Below are positions 17,172 to 25,116 of a DNA stretch of 64,000 nt, one piece after another. Below the pieces are notes generated by a model that was not told where the DNA came from, did not search any database, and saw only the letters and a list, made by a program, of their open reading frames with translations. Origin of the DNA: a virus (lineage: Duplodnaviria; Heunggongvirae; Uroviricota; Caudoviricetes); IMG/VR virus record IMGVR_UViG_3300032315_000486. One strand, written 5' to 3'. Position 1 is the stretch's first letter. Each line of letters begins with the position of its first letter. Position numbers and translations under genes: made by a program.

Positions 17172-17350
17172 TATATTTAACAAGGCAAAAGCCTTTTGGA
17201 GAGAAAAACAATGAACACCTGCATGATTAAGACCGAGCGTTTTTATCACAGCTCCAGTGGAGGGGCAAACTCGTGAAATGATAATTTCACCTGTTTGTTA
17301 GTGTTTGTTTACACCCCCTAGAATCTGAATGGTTTTAGGGGGTTTTTTAT
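17172..17350 (+). ncRNA. candidate small RNA (~180 nt) bounded by promoter and intrinsic terminator
   Basis: only a 20-aa ORF inside; hairpin aaggcaaaagcctt near 5' end; terminator acacccccta-N-tagggggttttttatt at 17323-17350. Confidence 0.35.
17323..17350 (+). terminator. rho-independent terminator
   Basis: cccccta...tagggggtttttta. Confidence 0.5.
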
Positions 17351-17351
17351 T

Positions 17352-17427
17352 GGTCGGGTGCTAGAATTGGTTATAGCGCGGATTGCAAATCCGTTGTATG
17401 TGGGTTCGAGTCCCATCCCTACCTCCA
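17352..17427 (+). tRNA. tRNA-Cys (anticodon GCA)
   Basis: acceptor ggtcggg/ccctacc (one mismatch), anticodon stem gcgga/tccgt loop ttgcaaa, T-arm gtgggttcgagtcccat, CCA. Confidence 0.65.
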
Positions 17428-17443
17428 AATTTAGGAGACTGTT

Positions 17444-17614
17444 ATGATAGCTTGGATTTACACTTACGACCTGGACAAATACATGCACCTGATGCGTGAT
17501 GAAGGATGTGACCCATCGGTAATTTCTCAGACTGACGATAAAAGTCATGTCGAAATGACCCTCAACGTAGCTTCCGAATGGAATATGTTGGGTCTCTGGT
17601 ACGAAATGGGCTAA
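17444..17614 (+). CDS. hypothetical small protein (56 aa)
   Basis: ttaggagactgttATG strong RBS, between two tRNAs. Confidence 0.45.
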   Translation: MIAWIYTYDLDKYMHLMRDEGCDPSVISQTDDKSHVEMTLNVASEWNMLGLWYEMG

Positions 17615-17622
17615 ATAATACG

Positions 17623-17697
17623 GTGTTGTAGCTCAGCTGGTAGAGCAGTAGACTCATATTCTATTGGTCGTAGGTTCAAGTCCTACCAACACCACCA
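17623..17697 (+). tRNA. tRNA-Met/Ile2 (anticodon CAT), copy 3
   Basis: acceptor ggtgttg/caacacc perfect, D gctcagctggtagagc, anticodon stem gtaga/tctat loop ctcatat, T-loop ttcaagt, CCA. Confidence 0.75.
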
Positions 17698-17930
17698 ATT
17701 AACTGTAATAATACGGAACTAACCAATGAAAAACCTGCCTAAAGAAGAAATCCTAGTAGATCTAAAGTTTATGCTAGAACAAAGCTACCTTGTGGCGGTA
17801 AGGGGGAATCATTGAAAGCATCATCGAAGCTGAACTGACAGACGTCTCTCCTGTGGTCTACGTGCTGTAAGAAACTGTTTGCTTGACAGGTTAGTTTCAG
17901 TTATATTGTTTATATGAGATAAAAAAAAAT

Positions 17931-18014
17931 GGGTTGGACGCCGCAAGGTGCGGCAGCGGACTGTAACTCCGTCGCTGAGAAGCACGCTAGGTTCGATTCC
18001 TAGTCAACCCACCA
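17931..18014 (+). tRNA. tRNA-Tyr (anticodon GTA), type II
   Basis: acceptor gggttgg/tcaaccc, anticodon stem gcgga/tccgt loop ctgtaac, long variable arm, T-arm ctaggttcgattcctag, CCA. Confidence 0.75.
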
Positions 18015-18031
18015 TACAACAAGGATTTTAA

Positions 18032-18313
18032 ATGTACTATCTTTACATTGTAAACTCTGTCAGTGATGTGTGCGATGAAGTCCCATATGAGAAACGTGAA
18101 TGGTGGTTATTAGAGCAAAAATCTGCTGACAAGCAGTATCTAATAAATATAGCCTCAGAACGTAAGTCTCCGTATTGGAGACACAAACTCGTATATGCTG
18201 AATACACTCTTAGCGACTTCTTTTACCCGCGTGCAGAAATTAAACGTAGAACAAACGCATCAAAAATGCTTAAAGCCACAGGATATGGAAATGAAACAAA
18301 AACAAGCACCTAA
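18032..18313 (+). CDS. hypothetical protein
   Basis: 93-aa ORF. Confidence 0.4.
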   Translation: MYYLYIVNSVSDVCDEVPYEKREWWLLEQKSADKQYLINIASERKSPYWRHKLVYAEYTLSDFFYPRAEIKRRTNASKMLKATGYGNETKTST

Positions 18314-18473
18314 GCCACGAAATCCTTTCGTGCAACATCTGGTGAAGCGCAAAAGTGGCGCCCACCAAAAACCTTACAAAACTGTTCGCAGAGATGCTAA
18401 GGTGGAAATGAAAAAAGACTACTCCGAAAAACACGACGATGTTTCTCCGAGTAGTCTTTGGATCGGTAGCTGA
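18285..18473 (+). CDS. small basic protein, weak ArfA-like (ribosome-rescue factor) resemblance
   Basis: MEMKQKQAPKPRNPFVQHLVKRKSGAHQKPYKTVRR resembles ArfA core (..NP.FRQRVVK.KKGKGSY.RK); larger ORF opens at 18195. Confidence 0.25.
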   Translation: MEMKQKQAPKPRNPFVQHLVKRKSGAHQKPYKTVRRDAKVEMKKDYSEKHDDVSPSSLWIGS

Positions 18474-18536
18474 GTTGGTTTAGCGATGGACTTTTAATCC
18501 GTGTCAACGTGGGTTCGAACCCCACCCGATTCACCA
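18460..18536 (+). tRNA. tRNA-Lys (anticodon TTT)
   Basis: acceptor ggatcgg/ccgattc, anticodon stem atgga/tccgt loop cttttaa, T-arm gtgggttcgaaccccac, CCA. Confidence 0.75.
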
Positions 18537-18709
18537 TTATTTTGACGTGTCTAGTAGCTGTGGTCAGTTTCTCTCTAATCGAGGTCAAACGTCCTTAATT
18601 CAGCTCTCGACGGCATCGGGATTGATCACCCACCGCCAAGATACGCTAGCAGTGAGATCCTGTAGTTCTAGAGCCTTACAGGAGTTCATACTAGACACTT
18701 CTAAATAAT

Positions 18710-18785
18710 GCCTATGTAGCTCAGTTGGTAGAGCAGTGCGCTGAAGACGCACGTGTCAGCGGTTCAATTCCGTTCATAGGCACCA
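18710..18785 (+). tRNA. tRNA-Phe (anticodon GAA)
   Basis: acceptor gcctatg/cataggc perfect, D gctcagttggtagagc, anticodon stem gtgcg/cgcac loop ctgaaga, T-loop ttcaatt, CCA. Confidence 0.8.
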
Positions 18786-19082
18786 TTACTTTAAATTATG
18801 CGTAAGACGCTCTTCAATAACAGCTATGTTTTGACGATTAACGGCAATAGCTTCTTTGTTTTGTTCGATTAGATAAACTAAATCTTGACGTAGTTTTTCT
18901 CTTGCAAGTTCAGCACCAGTATTAACTGCTTGTTTGTTATCATCTGTTACTACCAAACTAACTTTGGATCGTAACTCTTGAATTTCGCCTTGCATAGTGC
19001 CTATCACTGTTACCACATATATAACACCCGATGACAGTATAGGTAGTAAGGCTAGCAGCCCGTTTTTAAGAAAATCGTTCAT
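18786..19082 (-). CDS. N-terminal TM + coiled-coil protein (i-spanin-like topology)
   Basis: 98 aa; TM LLALLPILSSGVIYVVTVIG then heptad-rich periplasmic segment. Confidence 0.35.
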   Translation of the reverse strand: MNDFLKNGLLALLPILSSGVIYVVTVIGTMQGEIQELRSKVSLVVTDDNKQAVNTGAELAREKLRQDLVYLIEQNKEAIAVNRQNIAVIEERLTHNLK

Positions 19083-19094
19083 AAATAATTCCTT

Positions 19095-19409
19095 TTATAT
19101 TTTAGTGGTGTCCTCAACAGTAGCTGTTTCTTCTTCTTTTTTTCTAGATGCCGATCTAGAACTGGTCAACATAATACCTGACAGTGTTCCTGTTAAGAAT
19201 GTTGCAATAGGTTGGATTAGTTCAAAGAACTTCTGGTCATTAGGCGCTGAAGCATTCATTGGCTGAGTAACGTGTATTAGTGAATACAGCACAGCAAATA
19301 TTATTCCTGTTAGCGTAAATGATAGGCAGATTCCTACTATAAATTTAAGCTTGGCTTCAAGTAAATCTATATAATCTTCTTTTCTTATTTTACTCATTAG
19401 GTGTCTCAC
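19095..19409 (-). CDS. membrane protein
   Basis: 104 aa, two TM segments. Confidence 0.4.
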   Translation of the reverse strand: MRHLMSKIRKEDYIDLLEAKLKFIVGICLSFTLTGIIFAVLYSLIHVTQPMNASAPNDQKFFELIQPIATFLTGTLSGIMLTSSRSASRKKEEETATVEDTTKI

Positions 19410-19677
19410 TCGTGGCCGTTAGGTCACTACTAAATTCTAGAGTCGGAGAAACAGATTCACTGTACACCGATTCTGGTATATCTATAAGATATTTTGTGCA
19501 TAGACCCATTGCTTCACAAGCTGGCGGTTGACATTCTTCAGTCTGCCAGTTAGCAGGGTCCATACATGGATAGCGATACACGTCTTCACCAAATATTATA
19601 AAGTAAAAACATGTCAGTATTAGTATTACAGGTAAAGCTATATACATGATTAGTGATTTCATTTCCTTTCTCCGCAC
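19390..19677 (-). CDS. membrane-anchored/secreted Cys-rich protein
   Basis: N-terminal hydrophobic segment then CMDPANWQTEECQPPACEAMGLC. Confidence 0.4.
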   Translation of the reverse strand: MRRKEMKSLIMYIALPVILILTCFYFIIFGEDVYRYPCMDPANWQTEECQPPACEAMGLCTKYLIDIPESVYSESVSPTLEFSSDLTATSETPNE

Positions 19678-19821
19678 TATTATATTAGCACGATTTTACT
19701 GTAAAGACAACAGAATAGTTTTTAATAACCAAAAATGGTATACTGTTTTTTTGGTTTTGCTCATGAAATGAGCCGTGCCCCTGGGGTTGGGCATGTCAAA
19801 GCAATCATCCCACTGAATTTC

Positions 19822-19907
19822 TGTCGTATACTTCAGTTGGTAGAAGGCTGAGCTGATAACTCAGATGTCACTGGTTCGATCCCAGTTGCGACAACCAATG
19901 ATAACTT
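19822..19907 (+). tRNA. tRNA-Ile (anticodon GAT)
   Basis: acceptor tgtcgta/tgcgaca, D cttcagttggtagaagg, anticodon stem ctgag/ctcag loop ctgataa, T-arm actggttcgatcccagt, CCA. Confidence 0.75.
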
Positions 19908-19944
19908 GCTCTCTTGCTTTAGATGAGCTATTATATATTATAAC

Positions 19945-20021
19945 GTCCCCATAGATTACGATGGCTAGATCATCGCCCTTTCAAGGCGAAGAAACGGGTT
20001 CGACACCCGTTGGGGATACCA
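19945..20021 (+). tRNA. tRNA-Glu (anticodon TTC)
   Basis: acceptor gtcccca/tggggat, anticodon stem tcgcc/ggcga loop ctttcaa, T-arm acgggttcgacacccgt, CCA. Confidence 0.75.
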
Positions 20022-20035
20022 ATAGAAAGCCGACT

Positions 20036-20305
20036 ATGCCTTTAGTTTTAAACGCTCGTAAAAGCGGTATGTTAGTTGACAACAGTGTGTATGTAGGTAG
20101 ACCTTCTGAGTTTGGCAATCCTTTTAAAGTAGGAGTTGACGGTAACAAAGTAGAGGTCATCGAAAAATACGAACAACATGTTCGTTCAAATGCAGAACTG
20201 CTAGCACTAGTCAAGGCAGAGTTGAGAGGGAAGCATCTAATTTGTTGGTGTGCCCCCGATTTTTGCCACGCGGACGTATTGCTTAAAATTGCTAATGAGG
20301 AATAA
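20036..20305 (+). CDS. DUF4326-family protein
   Basis: C-terminal KHLICWCAPDFCHADVLL motif typical of DUF4326; the 19961 start in the ORF track overlaps tRNA-Glu, so the ATG at 20036 is preferred. Confidence 0.5.
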   Translation: MPLVLNARKSGMLVDNSVYVGRPSEFGNPFKVGVDGNKVEVIEKYEQHVRSNAELLALVKAELRGKHLICWCAPDFCHADVLLKIANEE

Positions 20306-20306
20306 A

Positions 20307-20843
20307 ATGGATTATAACAAATATATACTCCCTGTTAAATATCTAGTATTCCTTGATATTGATGGGGTTTTTACTTCGGCCCGTGTGCAGTACGCAAGTG
20401 CTAATCCACACGACTTATGGAATAAGTTCGACCCTATTGCTATTGAGTTTATGAATAGGATTCATGATCGAGTTGACGGTGTTTACTTCATGCTGATCTC
20501 TACCTGGAAAGACCACCTAGTTACGGATGATGTAATGCTAGAGTATTGGATTACGTCCAGTTTTAGAAATGCAGGTTTCCGTGGAGAATTTAATCGTCCT
20601 TGGAAGACTAACCATCAGAACATCTATAATAACAGAGAAACTCGTGCTCACGAGATTAGAGACTTCATCAAGGGCAGAGATTTAAAAGACTATATCATCT
20701 TTGACGATTCTGACTATGAGTTTGATAAAATTCTAGGTAAGCGTCGCCACATTAAAACTGACAGTGAGAATGGCTTACTGTTTAAACACATGAGAAATGC
20801 TATGAGCATCATCGGAGAATGGGAGCCAAAAAATGGAACCTGA
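20307..20843 (+). CDS. HAD-superfamily hydrolase-like protein
   Basis: motif I LVFLDIDGVF (DxDG) near N-terminus; later STWKD and FDDSDYEF acidic motif. Confidence 0.45.
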   Translation: MDYNKYILPVKYLVFLDIDGVFTSARVQYASANPHDLWNKFDPIAIEFMNRIHDRVDGVYFMLISTWKDHLVTDDVMLEYWITSSFRNAGFRGEFNRPWKTNHQNIYNNRETRAHEIRDFIKGRDLKDYIIFDDSDYEFDKILGKRRHIKTDSENGLLFKHMRNAMSIIGEWEPKNGT

Positions 20844-21486
20844 AACAGTATGGAATAAATCAGATCACAATAGTTGGATGCGAAGCGCACTTATAGATGC
20901 TATGCGCTCTGGAAAACCTCTACCAAGCCGCGATATTGTAGGCTCTCGCTTTAAAGATGGAGACTTTGTACGTCTTAAGAATGGTACTTCTCCTATGAGA
21001 GTGGTTGAGGCTAAAGGCTATGCAATTCGTTGTGAGTATATGTCTAGCGGCAAGCAAATGGCATTTAGAAGCCAAGACGACTTTGTTATATACGAAGCCG
21101 ACACTGCAAAAGAATTAAATGAAATCACAGTAAAAAAGGAAACTGAAATGACTGTTAAACTATATAAAACCGTAGACGGCAATCGTTATGGCGAATACAA
21201 AGCTAACGATGGCGACAAAATCCTCCTGTTGATGCAGGACTCAAATACCTATGAAGCCTTCACCCCAGACGCAATCAAGCGTGTTATGGCTTTCACTTTC
21301 GACGTAATGTTCAATGGCCAAGATAAGGTTTACTCTTATCTAGGTACTGAAGGCGAAGTTGCTGTAGGCGACTTGCTGCTAACTGACGAAATGAGCATCG
21401 CTCGCGTTGTAGCTGTCGGTACCGAAAGCGAAACTGCTACCAAGCGTTTCAAAGGTGTTAAACTAGCCGCTGTGCGTCTAGGCTAA
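20833..21486 (+). CDS. hypothetical protein (217 aa)
   Basis: ORF overlapping upstream stop by 11 nt. Confidence 0.5.
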   Translation: MEPETVWNKSDHNSWMRSALIDAMRSGKPLPSRDIVGSRFKDGDFVRLKNGTSPMRVVEAKGYAIRCEYMSSGKQMAFRSQDDFVIYEADTAKELNEITVKKETEMTVKLYKTVDGNRYGEYKANDGDKILLLMQDSNTYEAFTPDAIKRVMAFTFDVMFNGQDKVYSYLGTEGEVAVGDLLLTDEMSIARVVAVGTESETATKRFKGVKLAAVRLG

Positions 21487-21493
21487 TACCGCT

Positions 21494-21568
21494 GCCCCAG
21501 TAGCTCAGCGACAGAGCAGCGCTTTAGTAAAGCGAAGGTCCGCGGTTTGATCCCGTGCTGGGGCACCA
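21494..21568 (+). tRNA. tRNA-Thr? (anticodon AGT, A34)
   Basis: acceptor gccccag/ctggggc perfect, D gctcagcgacagagc, anticodon stem gcgct/agcga (27:43 mismatch) loop ttagtaa, T-loop tttgatc, CCA. Confidence 0.6.
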
Positions 21569-21574
21569 TATAAC

Positions 21575-21649
21575 GTCTCTATAGCTCAATGGATAGAGCA
21601 CCGCGCTACGAACGCGATGATGTGGGTTCGACTCCTACTAGGGACTCCA
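21575..21649 (+). tRNA. tRNA-Arg (anticodon ACG)
   Basis: acceptor gtctcta/tagggac, D gctcaatggatagagc, anticodon stem ccgcg/cgcga loop ctacgaa, T-arm gtgggttcgactcctac, CCA. Confidence 0.75.
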
Positions 21650-21655
21650 ATATAT

Positions 21656-21731
21656 TCTGACATAGTGTTAGCGGACAGCACGTCTGATTGTGGATCAGAT
21701 AGGAGTGGTTCGAATCCACTTGTCAGGACCA
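21656..21731 (+). tRNA. tRNA-His (anticodon GTG)
   Basis: acceptor tctgaca/tgtcagg, D gtgt-tagcggaca-gcac, anticodon stem tctga/tcaga loop ttgtgga, T-arm agtggttcgaatccact, CCA; no encoded G-1. Confidence 0.7.
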
Positions 21732-21734
21732 AAT

Positions 21735-21775
21735 TTAAAATTGTTCTTGCCATCGCGTTTATCTTAGTGTATATT
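21735..21775 (+). promoter_or_regulatory. sigma70-like promoter with UP element (tttaaaattgttcTTGCCA-N17-TATATT)
   Basis: drives the Dps-like gene. Confidence 0.5.
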
Positions 21776-21809
21776 ATTATTAACGCTAGAGAGCGTAGGA
21801 GAAATAAAT

Positions 21810-22256
21810 ATGGAACAAGACAATGAAAATCTTATTGACCAACTGAAGGTAGCTCTTGCTACAGCTTTCACTTTTTACATGAAAGCACACAACTATCACA
21901 TCAACGTAGAGTGCAGAAACTTTTCTGAAGTTCATGAGTTTTTTGGTGAGATCTACGAAGAAGTTCACGGGTATACAGACAGTATCGCAGAGCTGATTCG
22001 CACGTTAGGCACCTACAGCCCATTCTCGTATTCTAGGTTCATAGAACTATCTAATATCTCAGAAGAGACTACAGTACCTACTGTAGATATTATGTTCCAG
22101 AATCTGTGTTCGGACAACGAAACACTACTTGCAACTCTATACAGCACTCGCAAAGCTGCTGAAGATGTTGGAAACTATGGCATAACTAATCATCTAGAAG
22201 AGCTGATTACTGCCACACAAAAAAGACACTGGATGCTAAAAGCACATAAAATGTGA
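21810..22256 (+). CDS. Dps-like ferritin-fold DNA-binding protein
   Basis: YMKAHNYHINVECRNFSEVHEFFGEIYEEVHGYTDSIAELIRTLG resembles the Dps ferroxidase-site region (H.W..G..F..LH..F.E.Y......D.IAERI..LG). Confidence 0.55.
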   Translation: MEQDNENLIDQLKVALATAFTFYMKAHNYHINVECRNFSEVHEFFGEIYEEVHGYTDSIAELIRTLGTYSPFSYSRFIELSNISEETTVPTVDIMFQNLCSDNETLLATLYSTRKAAEDVGNYGITNHLEELITATQKRHWMLKAHKM

Positions 22257-22356
22257 TAAGCGTCGGTTTGTTTCAGCATAAAATTTATCTATCACATTGA
22301 ACAAGCGGAAGACGGGAGTCTCCGCAACAAACCAGAAATCTTTGAAAGGAAACTAA

Positions 22357-23778
22357 ATGAACACTTTTGCTAACGCAGTCCTAAATGACAGCATCACTCC
22401 TCGTACCGCTAATGGTATGCGTGCACACGCTACCACTTCTAGTGCAGTACTCGATCTATTCGGTATGATCGGCTCGGCTCGTGGCAAAGATGTGTCACAG
22501 CATTTCATGGCTGCTATCGGCGAGAACGAAGAACTTGCCGTTCGCACTCTGCTTTGGGCTCGTGACATCCGTGGAGGTGCTGGTGAGCGCCAGACATTCC
22601 GTAATCTGCTAGCTGCCTTAGAGCGCGCTAATGCTTCTCTTGCTGGCCGTATCATGCACAAAGTTCCAGAGCTTGGTCGCTGGGACGACTTGTTCACTTA
22701 CGCTGAACACTTCAACCGTACTGCTGCTATGGAGATGATTCGTCAAGCCCTTGCGGACAATAATGGTCTGTGTGCAAAGTGGATGCCTCGTAAGGGTCCA
22801 GTTGCTGTTGAGTTGACTCGGTTCCTTGGCCTATCGCCTAAAGCTTATCGTAAGCTGATAGTTGGCCTGACTCAGGTTGTTGAAACTCAAATGTGTGCTA
22901 AGACTTGGACTGAGATTAATTTCTCACACGTTCCTAGCGTTGCTAGCGCTCGCTACCAGAAGGCATTTGGTCGTAACGCCTCCGAAGCGTATACTCGTTA
23001 TATTCAGGAGCTTCAGAAGCCGCAGGCTGAGCGTGATCCTAAGGTCAAAATCAACGCAAGTGCAGTTTACCCACATGACGTTGTAAAAAGCGTCGCTAAT
23101 GGTAATGCTGCTGTAGCCAACGAACAGTGGAATGCTCTTCCAAACTACGTTGGCGATGCAATGGTATTCCCCATGGTTGACGTTTCTGGTTCGATGGGTA
23201 GCCTAGCATACTCTCGTCCTGGCCACGTTCAGCCAATCGAAGTTGCCGTTGCTCTGGGTCTATACCTTAGTGCCAAGAACTCCGGTCCTTTCAAAGACCT
23301 GTTCCAGACTTTCTCTGGTCGTCCGACTATGGTAAAGCTGACTGGTTCTTTGAGTGATCGTATTCGTACCATGAGCACTGCTCATTGGGAAATGAATACT
23401 AATCTGCACGCTGCTTTTGATCAGATTCTGCAAGTTGCTGTAAACGGTAACGCAGATCCTGCAGATATGCCTCAGATTCTTCTGATCCTTAGCGATATGC
23501 AGTTTGACCGTTGCACTCGCTATGACGACAGTGCGCTGCAGATGATTGCTCGCAAGTACGAGCAGGCTGGATATGCGATGCCAAAGATCGTGTTCTGGAA
23601 TCTGAACTCTGGCTACGGTAACGTACCTGTTCAGTTCGATAGTCGCGGTACTGCACACGTCTCTGGTTTTAGCCCAGCAATCATGAATAGCGTTCTGGCA
23701 AACGATCTTGAAGACTTCACGCCTTACAATGTAATGCTGAAGACTCTGATGGACGATCGCTATGCTTTCGCTGCATGA
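22357..23778 (+). CDS. Ro60/Rsr-like TROVE + vWA (MIDAS) domain protein (DUF2828-like)
   Basis: N-terminal LDLFGMIGSARGKD and LLWARDIRGGAGERQTFRNLL resemble TROVE motifs (FLCFGSEGG.., LLYARDERG.G.G.R..FR); MIDAS DVSGSMG plus downstream LILSDMQFD. Confidence 0.5.
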   Translation: MNTFANAVLNDSITPRTANGMRAHATTSSAVLDLFGMIGSARGKDVSQHFMAAIGENEELAVRTLLWARDIRGGAGERQTFRNLLAALERANASLAGRIMHKVPELGRWDDLFTYAEHFNRTAAMEMIRQALADNNGLCAKWMPRKGPVAVELTRFLGLSPKAYRKLIVGLTQVVETQMCAKTWTEINFSHVPSVASARYQKAFGRNASEAYTRYIQELQKPQAERDPKVKINASAVYPHDVVKSVANGNAAVANEQWNALPNYVGDAMVFPMVDVSGSMGSLAYSRPGHVQPIEVAVALGLYLSAKNSGPFKDLFQTFSGRPTMVKLTGSLSDRIRTMSTAHWEMNTNLHAAFDQILQVAVNGNADPADMPQILLILSDMQFDRCTRYDDSALQMIARKYEQAGYAMPKIVFWNLNSGYGNVPVQFDSRGTAHVSGFSPAIMNSVLANDLEDFTPYNVMLKTLMDDRYAFAA

Positions 23779-23905
23779 GAGGTTCGGCCACTGGCTGCAA
23801 CAACGATTAATGTCTACGCCCCGACAAGGGCGTAGACGACCCCAACCAAACAAAGATTTAATCTTAACTCGCATCCTTCTTAAAATTTTAGCCCAGGAGT
23901 AATAG

Positions 23906-24181
23906 ATGGCAAAAGGTAAAAAATCGTCCGGTAAGAACTACACATCGTCAGGTCTTCACCGCAATGTAGCTCGCAAGATGACCAATGCTCTACGTAGTGA
24001 GTATCTGGCTTCTGGTGATCGGCTAGCTAACCAGCTTAATGCTTTTCGGTCAGGTAAGCGTGTAGTGCTAACTATCGAGAACCCAAACAAGGAAGAACGC
24101 AATAAGCCGTTCATCCGTGTAGAAGCCTCTACGGTATGGAAGAACCGTTCTGCTGATGGTTTCGTTATTAAAGGAGCATAA
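23906..24181 (+). CDS. small basic hypothetical protein
   Basis: 91 aa, Lys/Arg-rich N-terminus; aggagtaatagATG RBS. Confidence 0.45.
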   Translation: MAKGKKSSGKNYTSSGLHRNVARKMTNALRSEYLASGDRLANQLNAFRSGKRVVLTIENPNKEERNKPFIRVEASTVWKNRSADGFVIKGA

Positions 24182-24690
24182 TGTTAAGAGTATGTAAAAT
24201 ACACCCATCAGCCTACCTACCTAAGTTGGCTACTGCAGGTTCAGCCTGCTTCGATGTACACGCATCGCTAATACCCGGCACTACCGTTAAGTGTTATTGC
24301 TATGGAGAAACTGCCCCTAGCGATCTTGTAGTAAACGCTTTTAGTTCTATCACTATTCCCGCAGGGGCTCGTACACTCGTCCCTCTAAACCTTGTTCTGG
24401 ATATTCCTCTAGGCTACAGTGTGCGATTTCACCCACGTAGTGGGATTAGCCTTAAGCAAGGTCTAACACTGTTCAACTGTGAGGGTGTTATTGATAGTGA
24501 TTACGTAGATCCGTGCTTCGTGACGCTCTACAATATTTCAGGTGTTGATCAGATTGTGTGCGACGGAGATCGCATTGCCCAAGGGGAATTGGTTGTGACA
24601 CTCGAATACACCATTGAAGAGACAGATACCGCTCCCGTTCAGAAAACTGATCGAGCTGGTGGTTTTGGGTCTACTGGCGTTAAATCGTAA
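24181..24690 (+). CDS. dut: dUTP diphosphatase
   Basis: ATAGSACFDVHA (motif I AGSAG.DL), PRSG (motif II), NCEGVIDSDYVD (motif III G.IDSDYRG), RIAQ (motif IV). Confidence 0.85.
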   Translation: MLRVCKIHPSAYLPKLATAGSACFDVHASLIPGTTVKCYCYGETAPSDLVVNAFSSITIPAGARTLVPLNLVLDIPLGYSVRFHPRSGISLKQGLTLFNCEGVIDSDYVDPCFVTLYNISGVDQIVCDGDRIAQGELVVTLEYTIEETDTAPVQKTDRAGGFGSTGVKS

Positions 24691-24703
24691 CTTGCTCAAC
24701 AGC

Positions 24704-24729
24704 TTGTTTCATGTTATTGTGTATATAAC
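24704..24729 (+). promoter_or_regulatory. conserved promoter-like motif TTGTTTCRTGTTATTGTnTATRTAAC (copy 2)
   Basis: ttgtttcatgttattgtgtatataac; near-identical to 9730-9756. Confidence 0.35.
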
Positions 24730-25116
24730 ATGAAAGGGATGAACATGATTATTATTGCAGACGATAAAACTCTGTATGACCTGGCTGCGTTCGCCGCAGT
24801 CAGGCTTCATCTTATTGACGAGGACCTAGAGGTCGATATTGAGATTAAACCTGGTCTAGCAGATCTGATGCACGGGTATATGATTGGTGACGAGGATGTG
24901 TACCTGGTACGAGTAGCTTCAGTAGACCCCGTCACTGTTTTTCACGAAATGGTACACATTGACCAGTATGTTACTGGCCGCCTTGTGCGCGCTCATGGTA
25001 AAGCTTACTGGCGTGGTCAGGAGATCTCTGATGATGTTCCGTACTTGGAGCGTCCTTGGGAGATTGAAGCTGAGCAAATGGCTCTTGAAATGGCTGAATG
25101 GTGGGATATACAATGA
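24730..25116 (+). CDS. HExxH (HEMVH) motif protein, SprT-like metallopeptidase domain candidate
   Basis: VFHEMVHIDQY...HG..W; second HExxH protein in the window. Confidence 0.35.
   Translation: MKGMNMIIIADDKTLYDLAAFAAVRLHLIDEDLEVDIEIKPGLADLMHGYMIGDEDVYLVRVASVDPVTVFHEMVHIDQYVTGRLVRAHGKAYWRGQEISDDVPYLERPWEIEAEQMALEMAEWWDIQ

Noticed and set aside
22353-23086. Antisense and alternative-frame ORFs inside the TROVE/vWA gene (22353-22697 minus, 22877-23086 plus, 23260-23874 minus)
   Set aside because: They are nested within a long gene with clear domain motifs and show Arg/Ser-rich low-complexity translations typical of out-of-frame reading.
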